Positions 52,416 through 64,000 of a DNA stretch of 64,000 nucleotides are shown piece after piece (the stretch's first letter is position 1; every line of letters starts with the position of its first letter). The notes beneath the pieces were generated by a model. It saw only the letters and a list, made by a program, of their open reading frames with translations. It did not search any database and had not been told where the DNA came from. Both the position numbers and the translations under genes were made by a program. The stretch comes from Octopus vulgaris (Eukaryota). Location: NCBI GenBank assembly GCA_951406725.2, contig OX597817.1:119908001-119972000 (forward strand), given 5' to 3'.

Positions 52416-55400
52416 TGGCTCCTCTTATTCTACCCTGGTCTACATTGCATTTCATTTAACTAGACTCAATAAAATAAATACTAATCACCAACATTTGTTA
52501 ATTGGTTATATTTCAATCTAGCAAAATTGTGGTATTTTTCCCAAGTAATAATTATTATTACCATTTTTACAATCATTATTGTTATTCCAGTAATCTAATG
52601 AAACAATTTGGCATATATACCAGTATACCAAAATGTAGGTCATATATGAATCTCTGCTTTGGGTTATCTCTTATAAAGATCAATCATCTATCAGTGTTTG
52701 CAAAATTAAGTTCTAATATCAAATATGCTGAAGATATTTTCACCTCTCATGGAAAAAAAGGCCCTGTCCCTTGTCGTAGTTAATATTGCTTCATAGCACA
52801 ATTGGCAAAAGAAACAAAATTGCTCCAAATTAAGTAAAATATTAGCACATAATGTATGCGACCAAAATTAATATTTACCATCAGTACATGATGGACATTC
52901 AAACCAGTATGAAATGTTATTGGGCAAACTCTTCTGACTCATACTAGCATAATAGAAGAAGTATTAAAATGATGATGACATCAATGACAATGGCAAAGAT
53001 CTTTAGAACAAATAATGAATTTCTGACAAAAAGACAAAGATATGAAGCTGGTCATACAAAATTATTATGGCTGGATATCTCATAATTTGACATAGGAATG
53101 ACATATAATCTTTGTATCACTGCTGGAACTGGATATCATTTATGACCATTATTTTAAGCTTCAATAGTGAAGAGGCATTGTTGATTTACTCATACAAAGA
53201 GATTTGCTTTGAAATCTCACTGTCATAATAACCAGCCTCGCACAGTCTAACAGAAATATATCAAACAAAGGAAAATGGATTATATACACACATATGTGCG
53301 TGTAATTCCCAACATGTGTATGCATTTACTCTTATATGTAATCATATATTTTCAAATATATATATGCATATATCATGCATGTGGAATCATATATACACAC
53401 ATTTACTTATATATTTATATGCATACAAACATGAATAGTACCCATCAAAAGTGACTGGGTTTATATCACTATGAAATATAAGCAGAACTAAAATTTGCAT
53501 GTAGTTTCTAGAATATGTGTTACTGGTTGACACTCAACTTGAAGAAAAAAATGGACATTTTCACAATGAACAGCATAAAGCAGAGGAATATGGAAAATAC
53601 TTTGTCATAGAAAAAATACAGCCATATGGCAGAAAAGTTCGAGCTATGATCTAAGAGCAAATCACTACCAACCAGTTATTTTATACATATTTTTATATTT
53701 TATATCATGCGTTTTTGTGAACAATAAAGCTTTTACCTATAGGTTTTGGACCGACCAATTCACAAGTTTCCTCTCTGTAGTTTTGTGTGTGAGTAAGTGT
53801 ATATTTTATACACGCCACAATCACATACTAAAATACACACTCATATACACACATAGACAGATAAACAGACAGACCTGCATGCAAAAGTATCAGGTGGTAC
53901 AAATTCAAATAACTCTCCATCTAATTCATATTGTTATGCATGAATACATATGGAAAGAAAATAGACACACCTGCACCTATATATAATGGAAATTTGTGGG
54001 CAATTTTTATAACAAGTAGTGTTATATTTGATGTATACTGCACTTCCGACATTATATGAAGAAATAATCAACCCAATATCAACCAACACGTTAACAAATG
54101 AAATCAAGAGTAATTTTTTCTCACTCTGTATATGTGATTACTATACAAATGTATTTTCACTTCTAGCTATAATTTATAACAAACATAGGAAAGGAAACCA
54201 GTATGTGAAGGGAAGTGTTTTCATATGTGCCTGTGTATGCTATAAGTTGTGCTTTGTAACTGATTTACTTTTTCATAAAATATATTGGCAACATGAAGAC
54301 AGTTTAACAACCAAATAAATTGCTAAAAAAGCCAAATTTCAAGACAAATATTACTTGTTTTTTGTTTACTTAGTAATCATTCATAAAACTTTTGGACTTC
54401 TTAGCTTCATTAGTTTCTAAGATACTAAGACAGACACTTAAACAATCAATCAAGCTAACAAACAGGTAAAAATAATGACTCCTAATTGTTAGGAGGCTGG
54501 ATGTTTCATGAGGTGAATGATGGTGTTGATACACAACACACTGCTGTGTAGAAGGTAGTGTTTTTAGTAAGATATATAAGTGTTAATTTTATTGATTGTC
54601 CAAAGTCTAATACAACCAAGTAATAAAACTGAGTATTCCAAACAACTTAACAGAAATTGGACAGACTTTTGTCTTTATTTTTAAATATAAGTCACATCAA
54701 AGATTAAATAACATTAAAGTCAATTAACTACTCTAATTGAATTCATTACAATATCAATTATAGATTGTTTTGGAATTAAAAGAAGTGTTTTACCAACAAG
54801 AAACTAGATTCAATAATGACAAATAATTAAGTTTTTATTGTGAATGACTTCAATTTTCAATAAATAGCAGAAAATATAAGACAGCAAAGAATAAACTAAA
54901 ACTCAACATATAATCTGTGTGTATGCTGTGTGCATGTGTGTGAGCATGTGCATGGTCATATATTTGATGTGTATGTTTGTGTTTGCATTAGAAATACAAT
55001 TAATAATATGCTTACAAGAATAGTTTTCATTAAAAAAATATACAAAGATAAAAGTTAAATTCAAGTATTCTGTTTACAATCTTTCATCAGAATATTCAAA
55101 TTATTTCATTATTTGTTGTAAAGTTTCTGTTCTGAGAAAATCTCAAGTAGAATGTTTATCTATTTAACTTATGTTATTTTGATTGGAATCAGCTAAGGCA
55201 ACAGTCAACAAAAGTTTTCACAAACATCTGTTGAGGTAGGGAAGAAGAAATAAATAACTTTCAATTCAATTTGAAGCTAACACCTTCATGCACATGATGA
55301 GAGCTGAAATAAAATAAAAATGTATCAACATAATTTCTAAGTCATCTTAATATCTAATCTAGATTACGAGAGCAACAATAAACCAATATCAATTTAAACA

Positions 55401-56007
55401 CCTACTCTAGAATTTTAAAATATTGTATTTTCATGAACTCAGAAGATTTTAATTTGTAAAACTCAAGCTAAATGTCAGAGGATGTCAAGTATAACATTTT
55501 ACTTAAGAAATAAATCTGAAAATTTTGAACAAATTAAGCATAAAAATAAATATGCAAATAATATACTTGTAATATGAATCTTTCTCTTTTATTATTAAAG
55601 ATTAGCTTGTTTTACATGTTTGAACTTGCATGCAAATAGTTAAATTTTTTGACTGAATGCCTTTAATGGCATTCAGCCATAAATTACTAAAAATGATTCA
55701 GATAGTGGATCACTGTACCTTTACTAATAACGATATAATTCTGTTATAATTCAGATTTCCCTGCAATAAAGGCGTAACCATTTATATGTTTAAAACCGCA
55801 CACACTAGATTGCTTTTGAATTTCCCTAATTTAATTTTACAATTAAATGCTATAGTCTATGAGCAGCTTTTTATGGATGTTGAAAATGTTGTCTCCCATA
55901 TTTCTTTAGTCTATTGGCGTTTTGTGGCACAGCAGATGCAAAATGAAGTAGGAGTACCACAGTTCATGATGATCTATATATTGCACCTGTAAGCTAATTT
56001 TGTTTAA

Positions 56008-56222
56008 CTCTTAACCATTCCGATTACTCCGTCAAATATGATGTTTATTTATTCACATTGTTTTGAATTATTCATGCATTACTTCATAGTTTTGCGATTT
56101 TGATGATGTCATTTCTTTAGAATGACATTGCAGGGGAGATGTGAGGGGCCAAATCTGACTAATTAGAACAGAAAATAGGTACAATATTTCGGTCAGATAT
56201 GGCCAGTTTAAATGTTAAAGAG
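56008..56222. mobile_element. TTAA-flanked MITE, same family as 35254-35879
   Basis: TTAA-CTCTTAAC ... GTTAAAGAG-TTAA; shared internal GATTACT, TTCACATTG, TTAGAATGACAT, GATATG.CCA.TTTAAATG. Confidence 0.75.
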
Positions 56223-57753
56223 TTAATAGTTTGTGCTTCATACTCAGGGTATTTATTGTAAGCCTTTTTACTTAGGTGTCATGCTCTCTATCTTGTGAAG
56301 AAATATTTCCATATTCACTCAAACTACAAGTTAATTAGTTAAATTTAATACAATACATAATTTCTTTTAGAACAGATTTTTAATATATTAAACTTTTAAA
56401 TATTCAAAGGCATCTGACACACTAAGTATTTTATAGTTGTTTTGTAAATGCATGTGAAGAAGTTTTAAAAAGAAAATATAACTGTTCTATATGACAGGCA
56501 TACACATTGGAGGTATCCAAGGTAAGTACCGCACATTCAGCAACGATTAATTTTCTTTATAACAATCCTATTCTTGCAATATCATTATAAAATCTGTTCT
56601 CAATTTGCATTCAAATCTAAAAGTACAGATATAAAAAAAAACAAAGATTATCTCAGGTGAATTTGTTTAATATTAGGAAATAGCTTAAATTTCGTTTGTT
56701 CATACTTATACCAGAGTACTATGCCCTGCTCCAGAGCACAGCCTATGTCAACAACCACTACACACTGCTAGTTAATAGGATAGATGATAGAATCAAATTG
56801 TGAGATATTAAATTTATAAGACAACCAACCATACTTCAAGTCAAGAGATTTTTTTTTTGTAAGAATCTAGGTTTTCCATTAAAAATGGTTTGACTGATAC
56901 TACCTCATGACACTACTCACTATAGATGTATGAACAGTGTGTGTGTGTGGGGGGGGGTTACCTTATCAGTAAAAAGTCAGTAGTAAAATTCATGATTTGA
57001 AGCATGTATTATTGCATCATAGTACCTGCTATTATATATCTATTTCAGGTTTTCCCAATGATAGAAAATAAAAAAGTTCATTAAAAACGAAAAATAAAAG
57101 TTAACAAAGACAAGATGTAATATGTTGCAAGCTTTGAATTACCAAACGAATAAAAAAAAATCCAAACAACATGAAAATCATGTGTCTATGAAGAAATACA
57201 GACATATAGAGTGAAATTTTAATGAAAGCTCAAGGCAGATAACCAGAGTGGTGACATTCAAAATATATAAGAAAGGAAGAAGGGAAAGAAGAGAGAAAGG
57301 TAAATAAAAAAGGAAATGAGCATATGTGTACAAGAAATATATCTATGTGTATACACATGCATCAAATATAAATAGATAAATATACACAAATTTCCAAAAT
57401 AAGTAATACCTATATTACTTTATTTGTTCATCATCCTCTTATACTAAAACATATTTTCAGAAGATATTTCCCAACTAAAAGGATCATCATTATTTTTCTT
57501 TTTAGCATGCACTTTTCCATGCTTGCATGGGTCAGACAGAATTTGGTGAGAGAGATTTTCTATGGTTAGATGATCTTACTACCACCATCCCTTAGATGTT
57601 TTCAAGTAAGGTCATTTTTCCTATGGGCCAAGCATATTTCAATGTAAGACTGGCAATAAAGGACACGACTTGTATGTCAGTAACACCCATTTATTACTGA
57701 AGCACCAGGTCAGGACAAGGAGAAAGTAAAACACATACACACACATTTATATA

Positions 57754-58052
57754 CATCATCATCATTTAATTTCCATTGTCCATGTTGGCATGGGTTCAAC
57801 GGTTTGACTGGATTGGCATCAGACTCCAGTCTAATTTGGCAAGGTTTTCTACAGCTGGATGCCCTTCCTAATGCCAACCACTCCAAGAGTGTGTTGGGTG
57901 ATTTTACATTCCACTGGTATGGATGCCATTTGCATGACACCGGGGTGCGGATACATGCACGGGTGCCAATTTGCGTGACACCTATATCTGCTATGACTGT
58001 GATTTGGCTTGGCTTGATGGGTCTTTTCGTCAAGCAGGACATAATGCCAAAG
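57754..58052 (-). mobile_element. RTE LINE 3' end (ORF2 terminus, hairpin units, family E tail)
   Basis: Minus LWHYVLLDEKTHQAK followed by variant hairpin units and the (GAT)n tail. Confidence 0.8.
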
Positions 58053-58288
58053 CTTTATTAAGCACAGCGATCATTTTAGCTTCCTTCTGCACTGCTCCCT
58101 AGTGGCTGGGGAAAGCTATAATGGAATAGAATGCACCATGCAGGGCATAAGAAACCTCCTCAGGTTACATAAGTTGGGGAGATTTCTTCTGCACTATGGG
58201 GAATATTCAATTCCATTATATCATTCCTCACCCACTAGAGGGCAGAGCAGAAGTAAGCCAAAATTATCATTGTGCTTAATAAAGCTTT
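58049..58288. repeat. 240-bp fold-back inverted repeat (MITE-like)
   Basis: Outer 18 bp perfect (AAAGCTTTATTAAGCACA), 51/60 over the first 60 bp; pairing continues almost to the centre. Confidence 0.9.
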
Positions 58289-58567
58289 CACTACACTCTG
58301 TCTTCTGTAGCATTCATTTAAGAAATGCTGAACATGCACCAAGGAATCCCTTACATAGATACTGCAACAAAAGTGCAGTATTGTGGATGATGCCTGGTAG
58401 TTGTAAGTGGTGAATGGGCTCTGCAGGAACGCTACTTGGGACATGCCTAAAACAAGGTTTGGATACTACACTTTAAAGTCTCCTATCTAAATTTTAAATT
58501 TAAATATGACTTATGAGTGTGTGTGTGTGTACGTATATATATACACACATTCTATTTTGTTTATACT

Positions 58568-58612
<45 letters not shown>

Positions 58613-59099
58613 TTTTTCGTTTAACGTCCGTTTTCCACGCTTGTCAAACTATGTTGATTTCATATTAAACTTGGGATTTAAGTTTAATATGTCCATGGGA
58701 TATTTAACCACTTACATGCTAATACAATGTACTTTGTATTTCTGTTGATCTAACAACTGAAAACTAATGCTCAGGAATTCTGAGTGAGATCCATTTACAA
58801 TATATATATATATACACATACACATACACACACACAGACACGTAAAACAGAAGATTTATGACTATGCTGTGTGTATCTATGTATCTATATTTAATATACC
58901 TAAAATACTAATAATAAAATATTTAGATTTACACATATAAAATTAAATATAACTTGAGTGAATATTAAGAGAGCAGGAAGAGAAACAAATTAATTTGACA
59001 TAATTCGCTTTCATTAATTTCAATCATTTGAATCAAAATTTACCCTATTACATAAACACACTGATTTGAATGACAAAATGAAAACACATATCTCATATT

Positions 59100-59145
<46 letters not shown>

Positions 59146-59734
59146 CTCACACACACATAAATATGTGCACATACAAGTATACATGTGTATGTATATATGC
59201 ATGAGTGTCTGAGTGTTAAGTCACACATATAGGGAATGTAAGGAAAAGAGAGATTGAGTTTATAATATTTAATATTTAGGAAATTTATGTAATTATGAAA
59301 GAATTTCTACAGGGAAAAAATCATGCAATAATATATATATAAATTTGTAATCTCAGCTTCTTCTAACAGTTTTGACAGATTACATGGGTTATTTATTATT
59401 ATTAATATCATAATCATTAACATCATAATTACCCACCTCGAGAAAACATTTTAGATTCTAATGATGGTTTATCAAATATTTTATTTATCATGTGTCTGAA
59501 TACATTACCAAGAAGCAATCTAGTAACCCTAAACACTGCATACAACTGGTATATAAATGATTCCCAGGGAGTAATGAAAAACTTTAATCAAGGATATTTT
59601 AATTTGATTTAGCTATAGTAATAATGATTTCAATAAATTAGTAAATTAAACTAATTATCATAAGATTGTAAATAAATAAATGTTTTAATTGCAGTATATA
59701 AATCTTCATAAAAGTTCATACTAAAAGCAATTAA

Positions 59735-59913
59735 AAATAATAATAAAAATAATGATGATAATAATAATAATAATAAAAATAATAATAATAATAATATGTA
59801 TGCCGTTGTTCAGTTTATTCTAAGATTTCTTGCCAATAGAGAAAGAACCAGTATCTAACCTTGATCCAAGGTTCCTTCATTGTAATTTCAACATCAACAA
59901 CAGGGTATTTGTT

Positions 59914-59954
<41 letters not shown>

Positions 59955-60776
59955 ATGCAGATTTGTATGTTTTATGTATGCATCCTCATGCATATAGTCG
60001 CATATCTAGACATGCTCATATATATTTAAAGGATAATCTTCAGGAAAGTTTTACAGATTTTTACTGTTTCAGTGATGGATTGGATCTGTAGTCATCGAAT
60101 TAGCTTTCTGCTTTATGGTTTTGAAAAGACTAATTTCTCAAGATTTGTATTTAAGCAGTGTGTTGCATATCCCAGGGCTCCAATAATTACAGGTATAAAC
60201 CTAAACTTGTAATCTGGATAGAGTAATTGCAAATTTCTCAATAGTTCAGCATAGGTGTACTCTTTTTCACTGTTAACATCCACTGGGCAGCTAATTTCCA
60301 CAACTGTGCACAGTTTTCTTCTCTATCCCAAGTAATTATATCAGGTCTGTTGAGGTCTTCACTGGTACATTCCACACATTATGTGTGGCTATAGCTTCTA
60401 CCATATTGTGGGTTCTTATTTCTGTGTCCTCTGGATTATCCTTCCAACAGATTTCATTGAAGAATATCCTAGCTACAACATCATGTCTCATCGGCAGATA
60501 ATACTGTGATAACATTTTCGGGCAACTGCTTATGATGAGGGTGATATCTTCAGTGTGAACTCCACAAAATTTGCATTGGTTGTCACATTTTATTGCTTTT
60601 CCTGCATCTCTATCCCTTTTGTGCATCAGGTACTTGGTTGATATTTCCTGTTCCTGGATTGCAAATGCATACCCTTCAAAGTGGGAGGTAGTAATCTGAC
60701 TATTGGTCAATGATAAACTGCTTTGATGATCGATGTTACAATCATCACAGAGCTTTCTACGGGGTTCTCTTTTCAT
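59735..60776 (-). mobile_element. R4/Dong-clade non-LTR retrotransposon 3' portion ending in (ATT)n
   Basis: FEGYAFAIQEQEISTK, CKFCGVHTEDITLIISSC zinc knuckle, RHD, EISCP, IPVIIGALG, LQIQSITETVKICKTFLK (stop 60026-60028); frameshift and stops; (AAT)n at 59735-59795. Confidence 0.85.
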
Positions 60777-61169
60777 GGCACAGCATGTGAAATAACCATG
60801 CTGTGCACAAGACTACATAATTCATAGAAGACTTCTGAAGTCTTGTGAGCAGCATGTCAGGAAGTGGATAGCAAGATCCTTCTTGTATCTGTTTCACCAC
60901 TTTTTGTTCAAGTTCAGTTTCTGCTTAGGGATCCAAGTCCCACTGATGGCCAAGACTGGTCATCACTGTTCTATAGCATACTCTACAGAATATTGAATAA
61001 AATAATTTGTGATATCTAGTTGAATGTGTTTACATTCAAAGTTCAAACTCTTGCTGACGTTGACTCTGCCTTTCATCTTCTTGTATAGAAATAAGTGCCA
61101 TAGAAATATGGTACAATCATATCGACTGATTCTACTTGTTTGCAGTTGCTCACTGACACTGACATCATA

Positions 61170-61332
61170 GAAAAATTTGCTCTCTGCAAAGTGTTTGGCA
61201 TTAAGAAGGGTATCAGGCAGTAGAAACCATGCCAAAGCAGACATTAGAGCTTGGAGCAGTCCTCTGACACATAGATTCCTGTCAAACTGTCCAACCCATA
61301 ATAGTATGGAAAATGGACATTAAATGATGATG
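61170..61332 (+). mobile_element. Diverged RTE-type 3' end, family E
   Basis: TTGGCATTAAGAAGGGTATC...GTCCAACCCAT...GGACATTAAATGATGATG. Confidence 0.75.
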
Positions 61333-61544
61333 AGGAGAAGGAGGAGGACTAAATTAAACTTTATTTTCTTTGAGAAATGCACAAGCTAACAGCTATATGT
61401 TTGTCAATCGTTAACCTAATCGTTAGAAAGGATAACTATAGGATTCTTTTCAAGGTATTATCCGATGATATTATCTTATCATTCCAAAATTATCTACTGT
61501 AATGAAAATCTATATAGAAGTGTGATAGGAATATTATAGATTAT

Positions 61545-61750
61545 TTGTTTAGCTCCAGCTCAACTCTGATTAAGGAAACATATATTCAAAAGCATTTCAG
61601 CCATAATCACCTTGCTCTTCTCTTATGAATACGGAACCCATAAGAACATTATCCAATGTATCCACTTATTTTTAAGATTGTAAGGTATAATTTGAGGGAT
61701 TTTGGCTGCTGTTTCTAATAGGCTGAATGACTACATACAGGCTTCCTTAC
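61545..61750. repeat. Dispersed repeat (partial relatives near 24900 and 41260)
   Basis: Shared ACATTATCCAATGT and TTGG(C/G)TGCT.TTTCTA motifs. Confidence 0.5.
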
Positions 61751-62969
61751 TGGATTATATGAACTACTTGCTTATATTACCAGCAATATCTTCACTATAA
61801 TATTCTGTGCATTTTCACTAGATTTCAAGATTTGTGAATGATCTTTCATATTACACACCAAAGTTTTTGATCTCTTGAAAACTTTGATCTTAACAAAAGC
61901 AAATCTTTCATTAATATTTGTTATAAGAACCTTCTGGCAAATTTCTCTATTTATAGGTTGTGCCAATATTGAACAGCTTCCTGTTAGGTCACTCTCACAA
62001 AGTGTGTTCCACAGATCTTTTCAGCCACGACACTGTCATATTAAGTGAACTTGTGAGAGCTTAATTATTTCTCTCACCATGATCCTTACCTAAATTAATA
62101 CTGACCTATTCATTGATATATGTAAGTATATGTCATAGGTAATATTGCATTCCAAAGACTGGGGTTTAAGTGAGCAACCAGTAAATTTACACAGGGTGCA
62201 TGTGCACCAAACACTAGAGCATTACTCACGCAACTGAGACAGTATACCATCCACATCCATGCATAATTTGAATGCTCATTCGTTTTAAACTGCAGACTTG
62301 TGATTTGATTGGCAATTGATCTTAGATTATTTATTGAAACTGAAACAATTGCATAGAGACATAGTTGTGATAGCTACTTAAAATTTACATATGTGCTGTT
62401 ATATTCACTTTCATTTTATTTTGCAATAAATAATGTAGTTTAATGTAATAGAATAATGGCAAATACTACTACAAAATGAAATAAAAGGGAATATGATGTT
62501 ATAAGTGTCATAAATGACTGTCACACACACATGCATGCATATATATATATGTGAAATAGACATATACAGAGTGGGAGAGAAGTGGTTAACTGTGCATCAG
62601 TGGGCCAGAAATTAGGTGGAACATAGGATGATATGTGGAGTTGAAGTAAGGGGAAATACTGGTTTCAAATTTGGGCACTGGAGGAACAGAAAAAAGTGAT
62701 CAGGGAAGAATAAAATAGGAAAATATTGAGAATGAGGGATGAACGTTAAAGGAAGTGGTTCCAAGGAGAAGGGAAGGTGACTAGTAATTCGAAAGGGAAG
62801 AAATAAGCACAAATTCTGCTGTCATATGATTACAGCACCTGAATAGTGTCATTGTTAGAAGAGTGATGGAGAGATGGGTATAAGGAAGATGACTGTAGAG
62901 AAAATCTGAAGTGGAGAGATTGGGTACAGGAGCAGGGCCTGATGAGTGTATAGGTATAAACCTAATGCT

Positions 62970-63395
62970 TTTAGGATCTCATTTTTGCCATGATGGACAG
63001 GCCCTATCAAGCATAATGAAACATAAATCATACCAGTCCTTTTTCATCTCCATAATGAGGACCAGCATCTTGATATCTGCCCTCATTACTACGTCTCATA
63101 TTATCTTGCATCGCCTTCTTCCAGAAAATCTATCCACTTTAAACAATCGACACTTCATTACACAGCTTCTGACATCAATATGGTTCCCATGACAATACTA
63201 GTGCAGGTTTCTCTCCTGCACACTACATCTGATTCACCTTATTCCCATTTTCTCCCTCAAATATTTGCACTTCATCATACATGCACACTGACTTTGCACA
63301 TCTATTAGAATATACTAGGATAATTTCTTTCTAATCTTCTGCATGCCCTCAGTATTTAAGGCCCATGTCTCACTACTAAGTAGCACCGGTTTCAT
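62970..63395 (-). mobile_element. Decayed RTE LINE ORF2 3' fragment
   Basis: Minus KPVLLSSETWALNTEGMQK...LREKMGIR*IRCSVQERNLH*YCH. Confidence 0.8.
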
Positions 63396-64000
63396 AGAAT
63401 AAATGTAACTATTAAAAAAGCTTCACCCACTAAACCTGAAGTTAATTGTTTCAAAAATTATTATCTAATTAATAATAAATCAGATGTTTAGACATATATT
63501 CATAAAATATATTCTTACATATGTAAGCTGGAGGCATTTAGAAATAAAAAATATTTTCTTTCATGTGCATAACTGTATCTGCAAATAAGAAACTAGGACG
63601 TAAAGTATATTTATCTTAACCGTCACAAGTTCATTATCTCTCATATTACAACAATGAATATTACAAGATTGTAATAAGTATATACTCATATATGTCACAA
63701 ATTCTAATCTGAAATTTTTTCTTATTCATACATTCATATATATATATCTGATACTGTTACAGTATCACTACTTTTAACATCTGCTTTAAAAATAATATGA
63801 CAGCCTTCTGAAAGGTATTTGTCATATTTCTGATCTTATTCCAACTTACATTTATAGTGATAATAGTTGAACATGTAATCATTCTGATACTTATGTAACT
63901 GCTATTCTAAAGAATCTATTTTAGAAATATTTAACAGAAAATAATAAATATGATTTGCCTCTTATAATGTTGGCATTGATATAAATGCTAACAGTTTTGG

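Noticed and set aside
56498-56521. Plus-strand 24-nt microexon candidate (CAG|GCATACACATTGGAGGTATCCAAG|GTAAGT)
   Set aside because: Good donor and frame-preserving length but poor pyrimidine tract; plausible by chance
60778-60806. 10-bp stem hairpin GCACAGCATG/CATGCTGTGC at the Dong 5' junction
   Set aside because: Single short hairpin with no other support

Overview
AT-rich, microsatellite-dense animal genomic DNA. The SINE/LINE repertoire looks to me like Octopus (coleoid cephalopod); this is recognition from memory, not a database result. I found no confident host protein-coding exon. Nearly all ORF-track entries are microsatellite or low-complexity artefacts, and the real protein remnants are transposon fragments: maT/DD37D and mariner transposases, and RTE, CR1, R4/Dong and HERO-like LINE ends. 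The window also holds many tRNA-headed SINEs, TTAA-flanked and hAT-like MITEs, and Penelope-type hammerhead motifs. The top signal is a minus-strand recursive splice site at 1958-2032: branch point, pure polypyrimidine tract, CAG|GTAAGT, then a 40-nt cryptic exon closed in all frames and a second donor. This suggests the window lies inside a giant intron that is removed stepwise. Other notable items: a TSD-bounded RTE insertion with a 5' inversion, a ~62-bp double-hairpin tandem repeat with covarying stems inside RTE 3' ends, a variant minimal hammerhead ribozyme, a 240-bp fold-back element, and a SINE sharing its tail with a CR1 LINE. Repeat boundaries were read by eye and are approximate unless a TSD or TIR is given.
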